NCBI RefSeq assembly: GCF_024521635.1
Contig: NW_026250425.1
Span: forward strand, 310,001-374,000
DNA: 64,000 nucleotides
Reading direction: 5' to 3'
From: Tricharina praecox
Taxonomy: Eukaryota
A model generated the notes under the pieces. It was not told the origin of the DNA, searched no databases, and saw nothing but the letters and a program-made list of their open reading frames with translations. The position numbers were made by a program, and so were the translations under genes. Shown here piece after piece: positions 1 to 11,498 of the stretch. Position 1 is the first letter of the stretch; each line of letters starts with the position of its first letter.

Positions 1-370
1 TGTGGGAGCGCTACTGTCGCGGCGTTAACGCCATCGTGTAAGCTCCTTCCGCCCCTTCGCCGACATCCGGCATACCGATACTGACTACTGCCGCAGCTTT
101 ATTGTGGACTCGGCCGACAAACCCTCGCACCCGATCGCTCGCGAAGAGCTGCACAGTCTCCTGCAGAAGCCAATACTCGAAGGCATCCCGCTGCTAGTCC
201 TCGGCAACAAGAGCGATCTGCCCAACAAGCTCGGCGTCGACGAACTCATCGAGACGATGAACCTGCAGGACATCACTAATCGCGAGGTCAGCTGCTATAG
301 CATATCCGCCAAGGAGGAGACGAATCTGGATGCTGTGTTACAGTGGTTGATCGCGCGCGCAAAGAGATGA
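1..370 (+). CDS. ARL8: Arf-like small GTPase ARL8, 3' part (5' end outside window)
   Basis: Exon 1..37 reads (M)WERYCRGVNAIV. Intron 38..96 (GTAAGC...CTGAC...CAG) follows, then FIVDSAD...PLLVLGNKSDL...REVSCYSISAKEETNLDAVLQWL. The G4 NKxD and G5 SAK motifs and this C-terminus are typical of ARL8. Confidence 0.93.
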
Positions 371-530
371 ACGTAACGCCGTAGACTTGGACGGACTGAG
401 AGGGAGCCGGGGTGAGGAACGGAGGTGGAGGTATACCAAACAGTGGGCGACCAAGTTAACGACTCTGACGAAATCTTGCGTGCATAAGACCATGTTAATA
501 AGCTTTTATTTTCCGTTCCGTTCTTTTTCT

Positions 531-562
<32 letters not shown>

Positions 563-1748
563 TTCTGTTCACTTCCCTTCTTTTCAAACTTTTTCAACTT
601 TTGTTCTTTTTTCACACACAGACACACACACACACACAAGCTCTCGATGAGAAACAAAATCCGTGGGGTTTCGGTGGTGGTAGTGGCGGCGGTAGCGGCG
701 GCGAAGGCGGGGGGAGCGAGGGGAGATTTATGGGGACCTTTCTTGTATTGTTTGTGCTGGCTTTTACTTTCCGACGTCGACGTATGATTATGATTATGAT
801 ACCTTCAAAGCTTTTTTTTTCGCGTTGCCAACTCAAACTTCAACTTCAACTCTTGCCGTGCTGTTGTTTCGTTCGTAACCCGCACCCGCGCCTGTGTCCG
901 CGTCCGCGTCTCCCAGTATGACGTGCACAGAGCCTCCTTCCTTCACATAGCACATTGGGTATGTATGTATCGTAGGGCTGCAGGAACGGGTATGCCACGC
1001 TACTCTAACTTGTACATGTGTAGATTGATTTAAATTTTAGATTATTTTCCGACAGCCTGGGCACTGGGCAGCGGACGGCGTGGTGATTGGGCGCCGGCGT
1101 TTTGTTCGTGGGTGGTGGTGTTGGTGGGTGTTCGTAGTGGTGGTGGTGTGAATTTTGTGGTGTAGGTCATGGTGGTGGTGGTCTTTATGCGTGATGCGTT
1201 GGCAGTGCGTCGAGTTTGATGTTACCTACACACCTACACACTCTAACGTTTGGGACCGACGGCTCTTAGCGAGAGAGAGGTAGGGACAGACAGACGGGGT
1301 GGGGTGCGAGAGAGAGGGAGGGAGGGGGGTGTGCGGGAGGGGGGTACTGATTTGCGGCGGGGTGGTGGGGGGGTGTGCGGTGCGGTGCGGACTGCGGGGA
1401 TACTTTACTCTAGTTGCCACCGATCGCGGTGAACGGTCGCCGCGCGGTCATGGTGGATCACTCGGCAGGCCCGCTAATTGATCCCGGTTCTGGCTAGGAT
1501 GGGTGAAGGATGCTACTGGGCATCGTGTCTCCTGCGAAGCTCCCGTTGACGTCAGCTGTAGAGTATTCATCCATCGTCCATCACCCGTCACACACTGCCT
1601 ACGATAACATGCAGTGTGTTCACACCGTACACGTGCTACCTGGTCGGTAGCCCGAGGACGCCCGAGGATACCGAGCAGAACCACCTCGCCCGGGCATGTT
1701 CTCGTACTCGATCAAACCCTAAGCATCCGATTATATATAGCCCGGGAT

Positions 1749-1879
1749 TCGATGCCGTCTCGATGCCGTCTCGATGCCGTCTCGATGCCGTCTCGATGCC
1801 GTCTCGATGCCGTCTCGATGCCGTCTCGATGCCGTCTCGATGCGTCGATCGTCTCGATGCCGTCTCGATGCCGTCTCGA
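1749..1879. repeat. 11-bp minisatellite (TCGATGCCGTC)n, about 11 copies with one degenerate interruption
   Basis: Directly visible. It generates the spurious MPSRCRLDAVS / RHRDGIETAS repeat ORFs. Confidence 0.95.
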
Positions 1880-3300
1880 AAGTCGTGGAGAAGAGTCGAG
1901 CCCGAGTGATCGTGAGCGACTGAGATCAATACTGCGGAATTACCAACTTGCCTACCTTCATCACGTTCCGGTTGTCGCCGGGCTTCTGTAGTCTATTGTA
2001 TGCACACGGAGCGCAGGTTCACACACGTGGACATCAAAGTCCAAACTCGTGCCCGGATGCATTGGGCTGTACAATAGGGCGACGGATAGAGCGATGGGAT
2101 ACCTGGTATTCGTTTGAACTTTGTGGATTCGGTTCGCCAGGCTACAGCAGTAAGGGCTTCGCGGGGGGGAGTATGGCACTGGGGGAAGGTTGAAAGCGCA
2201 GTGGATGCGGGGAGCCCCGACAAGCGGAGGGTGCGGCTGGGTGATCTGGGTGATTATAGTAGGGGAAACCCGATGCCTAAGTACCTACCGTACTACCGTA
2301 CTACCGTATCGCTGGAGCCTGATCGTCTGCACCTTGCGATCATAGCGGATCACGCTCCTTACGTCGTCCTCCTCCATCTTGGCTGGAGTATGTACAGTGC
2401 AGTAGTAAAAAAAGTGGGGGTTTATCGGTAAGTATGGAGGCAGGACCAGAGCCAGGACTAGAGCCCTGCGGCAGTAGAATAAATCCCGGTAATCCCAATC
2501 CAAAAACGGCGAAATCTTTACGAGGAGCATTTAAATGAGTGTACTGTGAAAAGTAATTCCCATTGCCATGTCGGTATGATAGCGACAGATGTGAATTGAA
2601 TCATCCTGTTGTTTGATCTTGGTCGCCCTATGTAGTATGGCAGCATGTTGGCATTCAAATGAATGCGTCTTCGCACAACTCGCACAACCTTACTAGGTAG
2701 ATCGATACAGTAACCAAATGGGATTTTCTACTCGTCAACAGACAAGACAGGATTACGTGCTATGCGCAGGCAATGGATACAGTAGCAAAAAGTGGGGTGC
2801 GACTTCTTCCGCAGGTCATGAGTAGAACCACCGTATAGGTAGGTAGAAACCCAGCAGTTCTCCGCAACTGCAGATTTATTTTGAGATTTCTTTCTTCCCG
2901 TAGTCCCAACTCTACAGTATCAAAAGTCTTTACGTAGGGTTGTTAAGATATGCATACTAAAAAGTGGGAAGAACCACTGCAGTTCTTCCAGACGCAAAAT
3001 CTTACGTGGTGTTGGGAATACCAGAGACATACCAGTACTACTACCTTGTATGCACAACAACGTAGTGCAGAGAGCACGTTGTCATGTCTCCCAAATAGGG
3101 AGGTTCTGTAAAATCTTCTGCTCGCCAACGTCAACGTAACAGAGGTAAACAGCAGGCTAGCTGGTGCTAGTGGGTGGTCGCAGGTGCACCGAAAAACGGA
3201 GGTTCTGTGAATTCTGTGCTTGCAATTCTGTGCTTGTGAACGGAACCGTGAACCGAACTTTAGTGGCAGCGGCGCCGGCCAAATTTTCTTTGCCACAGCC

Positions 3301-3418
3301 CAGTGTTCTCCATAGTCCACTCCGTCCGTCCTGAACCTTGGACTGGACTGGACTACATACATCCAGTCCGTGCGGACGTGTCTGTCGGACGGACTAGTCC
3401 ACCAGTAAGGCCGGACTG
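3301..3418 (+). mobile_element. Dispersed repeat copy A, probable DNA-transposon/MITE terminus relic
   Basis: Begins CAGTGTTCTCCATAGTCC, has multiple GGACT/AGTCC subterminal motifs, and aligns by eye with 37829..37945. Confidence 0.55.
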
Positions 3419-4125
3419 TTACACCCAGCAAGCAGGCAACATACCTCAGGCATATGGGAATACATTGGTATCGCTGTTGGTTATCATCAACCGTTACTAT
3501 TGTAATAAAGTACACTGGGAAAGTACTATACCACTCGACCAAAAGGTATTTGGATGGCTGAAGGCCATCATCCCAGTAGCTACTTAAGGCAAGGATTTCT
3601 GAACCGTGACACGGGTTACCTTCCCTCGAGATATGAACCCACAAAGAGCTTCTTGCAAGTGGTATCGAAAATAGATGCGGAATCTGATTAAATTGGAATC
3701 TTCATATGCACAGGATTAGTACTAGGTTTACTCTAACTGCAAGAAAAAAAATATATCCCTTGTAGACATGGTGTAAATTTGATGTCAGTTTCTACCTGTG
3801 TTTTGCCACGGTATAGTACTATAGTTACCAAAGAGCTCCCTAGTGCGGGGTAGTCACGGGACTACAGGTAGCTACCACTACTGCCGTCCAGACGCGCTCG
3901 CGAGTCTGAGTCGTGACCCTGTTCCTTTCACGTCACCCCCCGAACAATATTTAGAAGGCAAGGGATGACTGGGGCAATAACCCTACCCTCGCTGCACCCT
4001 TCATCTCAACGCTCAATCACTCCGCCCTCCCTCCCTCACCTGCCACTGGTGATCGTGGGGCACCATCAATTGCAACAACGTTTCTCTAGCCCACTGCGAA
4101 AGTAGAAGACAAGAGTGAAAGCAAG

Positions 4126-6329
4126 ATGCCGCTGTTGCGCCGAGTCTCCGCGTCCGTGTCGGGCTCTGACTCTGCCCCCGCTTCTGGCGACAGCGGTAAC
4201 TCTATTTCCGTACCCCTACCGCCCCCGCTCTCGCTCTAACCATCCCTCTAGACTCCGACTCGGAACTCTCGCTCCGCGCCGAAGTTACAGCCCTTCGCGC
4301 TCGGGTCAAAGATCTGGAGGAATGGAAAAATGAAAAAGCCCGGCTGGAAGAAAACCAGAAGCAGTTGGAAGCTAACCAAAAGCTACTTGTGGCTGACCAT
4401 GATGCGCTGAGGAAGCAGGTCAAAAAGACGATCAAAGCACTGGCGAAGGATGTTGATAGGCTCAAGTTGAAGGCGAAGACAGCGCGGGGGGAGCGAGATG
4501 CGCTGAGAAAGCAGGAGGTTGTTGAGGAGCGGGTCCTGGAGGAGGATGAGGACGTGTTGATGGAGTCTGACCAGGTTGCGGATGTGCATGACGAGACTGA
4601 GTTTGAGTTGAATCAGCTGATGGAAAACATGGACACCGCGACTAAGAATGGCACCAGGAAGACGGTGAAGGCGAATGGGAAAGGGAAGGGAAAGGAGCCA
4701 GAGAGGATGCAGAACGCGAGGACAGCGCAGGCGAACAGACCGGAGCTAGAACAACTCTCAGAATCGGAACCGGAACCGGAACCAGGTAAGGCCATTCTTC
4801 TAGTAAGACGTTCTCTGCTAACACCCTCAGTGCCCTCCAGTACGATCACGCCTTCCCGCTCCCTCCCCCCCTCTCCACAGCGCTCTCCCTCTCCCCTTCC
4901 ACCATCCCTCAATGTAACCGAGCGAATCATCCGCGCAACCTTCGGCTCCGGTCGACGCTCAGGAGCGATTGCGACCTTTTCGCGGGCCAATGGAAAGATC
5001 AAAAACAGATTCTCCTCCCCCTGGACCTATGCGCTGCTCCTAGACCCATCACTCTGCGTCGCCCTTCCCACCTCGCCCCAGAGTCCATGTAAGAATCTCG
5101 ATCTCTTGGATTTTGAAGCTGCCATGGAGCTACACGTGGACATTGACGCTCCATTCCCGGTATTCTGCCGAATGAAACCGGACTCGGAGAAGTACTCATA
5201 CTGCGGTATATACCGTTGGGGCGAATGGGATGTGGCCGAGTGGGCAAGTCATGGGCTCGGTCTCAGTGATGCGCAGAAGAACGCATGGGTCGCGTATGTA
5301 CTCACCTCTTCCGCCGGAAAAGCAATGTGCCGCAACATCTTTGGCCAGTTTTACACCGAGCGTCAGGTGAGAGCCGCGTTCGATAATGGACAAATACGAT
5401 TCAACCATGCGCAGCTTCTGCCGGTGGCTCACGTCGACAGCAAGGAGGTGTTTGAGACGCTGCTGGAGATGGCCAAGAGGATGAACGGCGACGAGGCGAC
5501 GGGACCAAATCCCACAGACAAGAATGCGACGCATACGGGTAAAGGGAAGAAGCGGATGAGACTCCAGAAGACGCCCACACCGACGGAGAAGCCGCCTCGC
5601 ACGTCCACCAACGACACCAACGGCGGCGCCTCCAGCCCGTCGACCAAGCGCCTGCGTGTCTCGGACCCAGACCCAGACCAATCCCCCGCCCTCCAAGCCC
5701 CCATCGCACGCATGATGCCCGCGCAGCCGGCCGGCGACGAGTCTCCTCTGCGCCTCCCCTCCAGTTCACCCATCGCCGCTCGCACCCCCGGCATAGAACA
5801 CCAGGCAGCCGACCACAACGCCATCCATTTCCCGAAAGCACCTACCACGGCCCCGCGTTCCGCGCCCAAAGCCACGCCCACCGCCCGCCTCAACCGTAGT
5901 ACTCGCCGCGCCAGCGCCATCAGCCCCGGTAGCTACGACCTAGCCGCGATTAGCCGGCGGTCCATAGCAGGTGCTGTCGGCTCCGACGAAGAGAGGATCG
6001 CTAGGGAAGAGAGGATCGCCAGGAACGAGAGGATCGCTAGGAAGAAGCAGAAGAAACCCAAGCGCAACTCGGCGGCCTCGGCGGCCTCGACGGCGAGGCG
6101 CGTCGTCGTGCTCTCTGATGATGATGACGATGAGGTTGCGGAAGGCGCAGCCACCAAGAAGGAGAATGACAAGGGAAAGGGCAAGGCGGCGGATAGGACG
6201 TGGAGCTCGGTCAATGATCCCACCCCCACCACCCTCCAGCAACCGCTATTGAAGCGCAAGAAGGACTCTAGAATGGGACCCATGGGACGCACGGTGGTCG
6301 ATTCTGAGGATGATGATGATGAGAACTGA
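4126..6329 (+). CDS. Hypothetical protein: N-terminal coiled coil, central DUF6697-like domain, low-complexity basic C-terminus
   Basis: ATG 4126. Intron 4196..4251 (GTAACT..CTAAC..TAG) splices in frame into the 654-aa ORF. Probable in-frame intron 4786..4830 (GTAAGG..GCTAAC..CAG). The segment YSYCGIY..EW..KNAW..QVRAAFDNGQIRF resembles fungal DUF6697 as recalled. Confidence 0.75.
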
Positions 6330-6827
6330 GGGCGTACGGAGGGGCGGTGGGCGGTGGATACTACTGATTCTGATTCTGGTGTTTTTGCGCTTGATTTCAG
6401 CGGACTATCTACCACATAGTTAGTTACCTAGTAGTTACTTGGCCAACTTTTGTCTCTGCCTGCGAGCGTGCTTTCTTTCTTTGTGTGTTCTGTACGAGTT
6501 TGGTGTTCCGGGACGGCTGACGGGTCGCGTTACCTTAGTATCTGTTTTTCTTGGGGTGGGGTTCTCCTTTTGTGTCTTTCTTGGGGAGTTTTGTCTGCTG
6601 TTTTGTGTACTTTGTAGTTCTGTCGTTTTTGGTGTGAATGAGTCGTCACTCGTCACTTTGGTAGAGCATCGTTAGATAATCACTCGGTGAGGTGAGGTCG
6701 TTGCCAACGAGAAGGTACCAAATATCCAAACCTTCACACCACGGCGACGTAGTATATCTAGCGGACTTTATCATAGCCATAGTAGGTACCTAGGTTGGTA
6801 TGTATAGTATACTCAACGGCCGTCGAA

Positions 6828-6996
6828 CAGAAACAGAAACAGAAACATAGCAACAGCACTAGCAACAGCACTAGCAACAGCAATAGCAATAGCAATAGCA
6901 ATAGCAATAGCAATAGCAACAACAACAGCAACAGCAACAGTCGATGTTGGATATTCCAAGTCCAAGTCCAAGCCTAAGCCCAAGCCCAAGCCCAAG
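6828..6996. repeat. Compound hexanucleotide microsatellite (AACAGA, AGCAAT/AGCAAC, AAGTCC/AAGCCC)
   Basis: Directly visible tandem hexamers. Confidence 0.9.
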
Positions 6997-7685
6997 TCTC
7001 CCCATCCAAGGAGAGCCGGAACTCATCAATCGTCGAATAGTCAGGATACCCGTATGTACGATCCTCGTACGATCCCCGTGCGAACCACGCACGAACTGCG
7101 GCGGCGGTGGCGGAGGATATTCGTGGATAGTCTGGTTTATTCCAGTTATCGTGGAACCTATCCAACCGGTGGCTGGCGATACATCTTGTAGATCTTGTAC
7201 ATGTCTCGAGAGTCTTGTGCTTGGAAACGAGAGAATGACGGTTGACTTTGAATCACGAAACATTAATCAGACAGCGTTTGTATGCAATTAACCATGGCTG
7301 TATAAAATATGATCCAACATTCCCCATCCATAAAAACAAGTGCCCAAGTAAGTGCCCAAGTTGCCTATGATACTAAAACCCATCACTCATCCCGATTTCC
7401 GATTCCCGATTCGCAATCATCCATAACTCTTATAAACCATGGTAAACCGTAGCCATAGATCAGATCCTCCTATCTACACACCTCTCCCTTTTCGGAAAAG
7501 CAGAAAGCACAAACATCCTCCCAAGTCCTCCCAGCGTTCCCTTTCATCCCGAGTATCCCTCCATCCCATTCAATCCCGCAAACAAAGCCCCCCCTCGTTC
7601 CACCAATCCCAACCCAATAAAAAGAAGTAAACGCACACACATACAGGGGGGTTTCAGGTTTGAGGTTTCATATCAGAACCAAGGT

Positions 7686-8231
7686 AGAAGAGAAGAAGAA
7701 AGAAGAGAAGAAGAAAGAGAAAGAAAGAAGAAGAAGAAAGAAGAAGAAGAAGAAAGAAGAAGAAAGAAGAAAAGAAAGAGAAAGAAGAAAGAAGAAAGAA
7801 GAAAGAAGAAAGAAGAAGAAAGAAGAAAAGAAGAAAGAAAAAGAAGAAAGAAAAAGAAGAAGAAAGAAGAAAAGAAAGAAAGAAAGAAGAAAAGAAAGAA
7901 GAAAAGAAGAAGAAAAGAAAAAGAAAAGAAAAGAAGAAAGAAAAGAAGAAAGAAGAACGAAAAAGAAAAGAAAGAAAAGAAGAAAAGAAGAAGAAAGAAA
8001 AAGAAAAAGAAGAAAAGACAGAAAGAAGAGAAGAAGAAGAAAGAAGAAAGAAGAAGAAAGAAAAGAAGAACGAAAGAGAAAGAGAAGAAAGAAGAAAGAA
8101 AAGAAGACGAAGAAGAAAAGAAAGAAAAGAAGAAGAACAGAAGAAAGAAAGAGAAAGAAAAAGAAGAAAAGAAGAAAGAAGAAGAAAGAAGAAAGAAGAA
8201 GAGAAGAAAAAGAAGAAAGAAGAGAAAGAAG
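7686..8231. repeat. 546-bp polypurine/polypyrimidine tract of mixed GAA/GAAA units
   Basis: No T on the + strand from 7686 to 8231 and only about five C. Confidence 0.95.
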
Positions 8232-8656
8232 TAAGAAGGATATGCGATATCAAAAACAACAGGCAAGGAAAACGCAAAAACTGAAAAATATGCCAACGCC
8301 ATTCACCACCCCGCCGCCTTGCCCCGCCCCGCACCCGCACCGCCCGCCATCCTCACAAGCAAGCAAGCAAGCAAGCAAGCAAAAAAAAAACATGAATCCC
8401 TAGAAAGCAAATAGTTAAAAAGATGGAGATGAAACTCCCCCGCCACACCCGAAGCCAGCTATAGTTAGATAGGAGGGGGGAGAGAAAAAAAAAGTTAATG
8501 TTACAAGAAAAAATGAGTTTGGTCTTCCGGTAAAAAAAAAACGGAGTGGAACAGCATAAAAAAGAAAAAATACAAAAACCCCGTGAAATGGTATCGCAGA
8601 AAAGGAATATATCGAAAAGAAAAAAAATGAAAAAGAATAAAAAAGCTTTCACTGAA

Positions 8657-11498
8657 TTAATGTCTCCACCTCGGCTTCCCATCCGGTCCCATGATCGCTC
8701 CGAACGGCAGGCTCATCCTCTTGCTCCCGGGTGACGTTGGTCTCGGCAACATGCTGCTCCTGCGGCCGCTGGCACTGCTGAGACGACCGCTAGCCATGGC
8801 GCTAGCGGGACGCACATTTATGCTTGGACTTCCCGGCGTGCTAGGGTGGTGGTGGTCGTTCGAATCGAACGGCGTGGGCGTTCCCTGGCGAAGTCTGCCG
8901 GAGCTAGCTTGGTGTCGTAGGCGGGGGTCTAGTGGTCGGGCTCGGTGAGACGAGGGTAGCCGTTGGTGCGTCTGCTCGATGCCGGGGAGTAGAGGCCGTT
9001 GCGGAGGTGACTGGGCGACCCAGGCGATGGCGTGTTTTCCTGACTGAGTGGGCTCGGCATCGGGATTCGTGATCCGAGCGACGACGAGTTGCGACGGCTG
9101 GCGGCCGTAGGAGGTGCCACCTTGCGGTACGGAGAGGGTGTCGTGAGCGTCAGCGGCTTGAAGTTGTGGCCGATCGAGCCGTCCTCCACTTTGTTGCTCA
9201 CGTTCCACCGAGGGTCGCGACGGTTTGATGTCGGACGTACGAGACGAGGCGTACGACGCATACGAAGCGTATGAGCCAGCAGCGCTGGGACTCGAGATGG
9301 AGCGGCCCATCGACATTGAGGAGTAGGGATTTGAATTTCCCCACGGCGATGTTGGTGGCGTAGACGAGGCGGACGAGTGGCGGCCACTGCGCCTAGCAGG
9401 GCTTCCACCGATAGAGCTCCCGGGACGTCGTATCGGAGCGGGAGACCGTTTGCGTTCTTGGCCTCGAGGTTTTGAAGGATTGAGCTGGACCGAACTTGCC
9501 GGAGAGCTACCGGGGGTGTTTCTGCCCGAAGTGATATCGAGGGACGCAAGCGAGGAGATGGAGTCGCGCAACGCTTGCGTGTCCAATTGTAGGTCCAAGA
9601 GCGTCTGATCGAGCTCTCCCATCTGGTCCTCGAGGTATCGCCAGCGCATCCGCAGCGACGCATCGAGTCGGATGATCTCGCCGTTGACGGTAAATCGATC
9701 ATTGATTCCCTTGCCGATGATCGAGAACGTCCGTTGGATTGCACTTCCTATAAGAAAAACGCACCGTCAGAAAAAATTCCTGCGGTCGCGAAAAAGCTCA
9801 GAGCCGCGCGCGCGCCAACGAACCGTTAATGCATCTTCTTCGCCTCGTAGTTTTCCATCTTCTTCTGAAGATCCCGCTCGGCCCGACCACCGCTCTCTTC
9901 CCACGCAATCACCGATTCCTTGAGTTTGTGCATGCTCCTGTCTATCGAATCGAGCATCTGTGTCGCCTGCTTGCCAGCATTGCGGAAGATGGCGACCCAC
10001 CTATCCTCGCCCAATTCCTTCTTAAGGCTATCGGCGTCGCCGTTCAGCTTCTTCCACTTCCGTTCCAACTGCTTCCGCCTCGATTCCAGCTCGTCGCATT
10101 GCCGTGGGGAAGATATCCTGTGCCCTCGACTGGAAGCTCTGCAGTCTCATGGGTAGAAAGTCCAAGCTGGCGCGCAACGGCTGCATCCTGGCGAACAGGC
10201 CGAGCAGCGAGCTGTCCTCGATCTCTGTGGCCGTCTTGCCGTTGGCTACGGGGAACATTCCGGGGTTCTCCTCCATGATGGTCTCCAGCGTGTCGATATC
10301 CACCGACCCTCCTGCTGCTGGCGCCCCGTTCTCACCCATCATCGACCGATGTCGCTTCTCCTCGAGCTCGAACACCAAAGTCTGGCACGCATCCAGTTCG
10401 GCTTGTATGTCCTGAAGTATGGTCGTCCACAACTCGGTCCACTCCATGGCGGTCTCCACCTGGTCCTTAACGCCCTTGAGCAGTTCCTCGATCGATCGCC
10501 ATCCGTCGACGGTGGCCTCGGTGGTGCTGACGAGATCCACAAGGGTCTGAGAGTCGAGTTCATCGCTATCGGGCCGACGTTGTAGCTCATCGATAAGCTC
10601 GACGTAGACGTTGATGAGACCCGAAAACTTCCGTACGGCGATATCGACCTCGTTGAGCGATTCCCGTCCCTGAGCTGCCCATTCGACATCATCCTCGGCG
10701 TCGAGACCCGTCAGTACCTTTTTCGCGGTATCGATCCATCGGCCGATCTGGCTCCCCGCGCTCATGAGCGCGTCACACATGTCTGCCGAGGTAGCCAGCT
10801 TGCAGATACGGTCCTTGAGATCCTCACTCAACGGTAGTGATAAGCTCGTAAGTCGGCTGAGTTGGGCGGAAAAAAGAGATCCTCGAAAGCGAATGCACAC
10901 TCGAACGACGCTTCAGGCCTTCTCCTCCCCACGACCCGCCGCCGCCGCCAGACATATACACATTAATATCATCATCCTCGAGACCCGGAAACGCGACTGA
11001 CGTGTCGGCCGGAGGAGTAGTAGGCGTTGTCAGTGGCTGTTGCTGCGTTGCGAACCCCTCATTGGCGCCACAAATACCACCACCACCACCAGCACCCACT
11101 CCGCATGCTGCAGCTGCAACCGCATCGTCCAACAGCGGATGATCTCCGCCACGTTCGTCTTCAATGGGAGTGGGCGGCAGGTCTTTGGCCGGCGGCATCG
11201 ATCGGACGTCGAGATTGGAGGTCGGGATACTCGTCGGCACTTCGATGGCGGACGACACGCCCGAGGCATCCGAGCCCCTGGAGCGCGAGCGATGGCGGCG
11301 GTGCGGCGATGGGCTGGGCGAGAGTCTGCTGTGGTAGTTCCGTTTCTCGGCGTCGGCTTCGAGCATCTTGATTCTTGCGGCGAGGGACGGCGACGGCTTT
11401 CGCGTTCTGACTCCGTTCGTCGAGGTTGTGTTGATTGTTGTTAAGGGAGTTGGCCTTGGGTCCGAGATCCGGCCGCGTGTGTTTTCCTCCTCGCTCAT
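8657..11498 (-). CDS. KAR9: KAR9-family cortical microtubule-capture/karyogamy protein; reading frame broken by several apparent 1-bp insertions
   Basis: Motifs LFARMQPLRASLDFLPMRL, KKELGEDRWVAIFRNAGKQA, DRFTVNGEIIRL, TPGSSPASSV and PRWN...GHNFKPLTLTTPSPY are spread over different frames. Intron 9748..9823. The frame is restored by removing single bases at about 10870-10875, 10099-10100, 9826-9827 and 9212-9214. Confidence 0.85.

Noticed and set aside
1614..1991. Repeat-containing ORFs or a CRISPR-like array
   Set aside because: Simple 11-bp tandem repeat with no spacers, in a eukaryotic context.
2943..3644. 233-aa minus-strand ORF
   Set aside because: Non-ATG start, no recognisable domain, and it overlaps the dispersed repeat relic.
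7654..8403. Long K/E/R-rich and F/S/L-rich ORFs of 209-247 aa
   Set aside because: Stop codons cannot occur in a T-free (or A-free) tract, so these are by-products of the purine repeat.
8657..11498. Programmed ribosomal frameshifting in KAR9
   Set aside because: Four or more independent shifts with no canonical slippery heptamer; sequencing error or decay is far more parsimonious.
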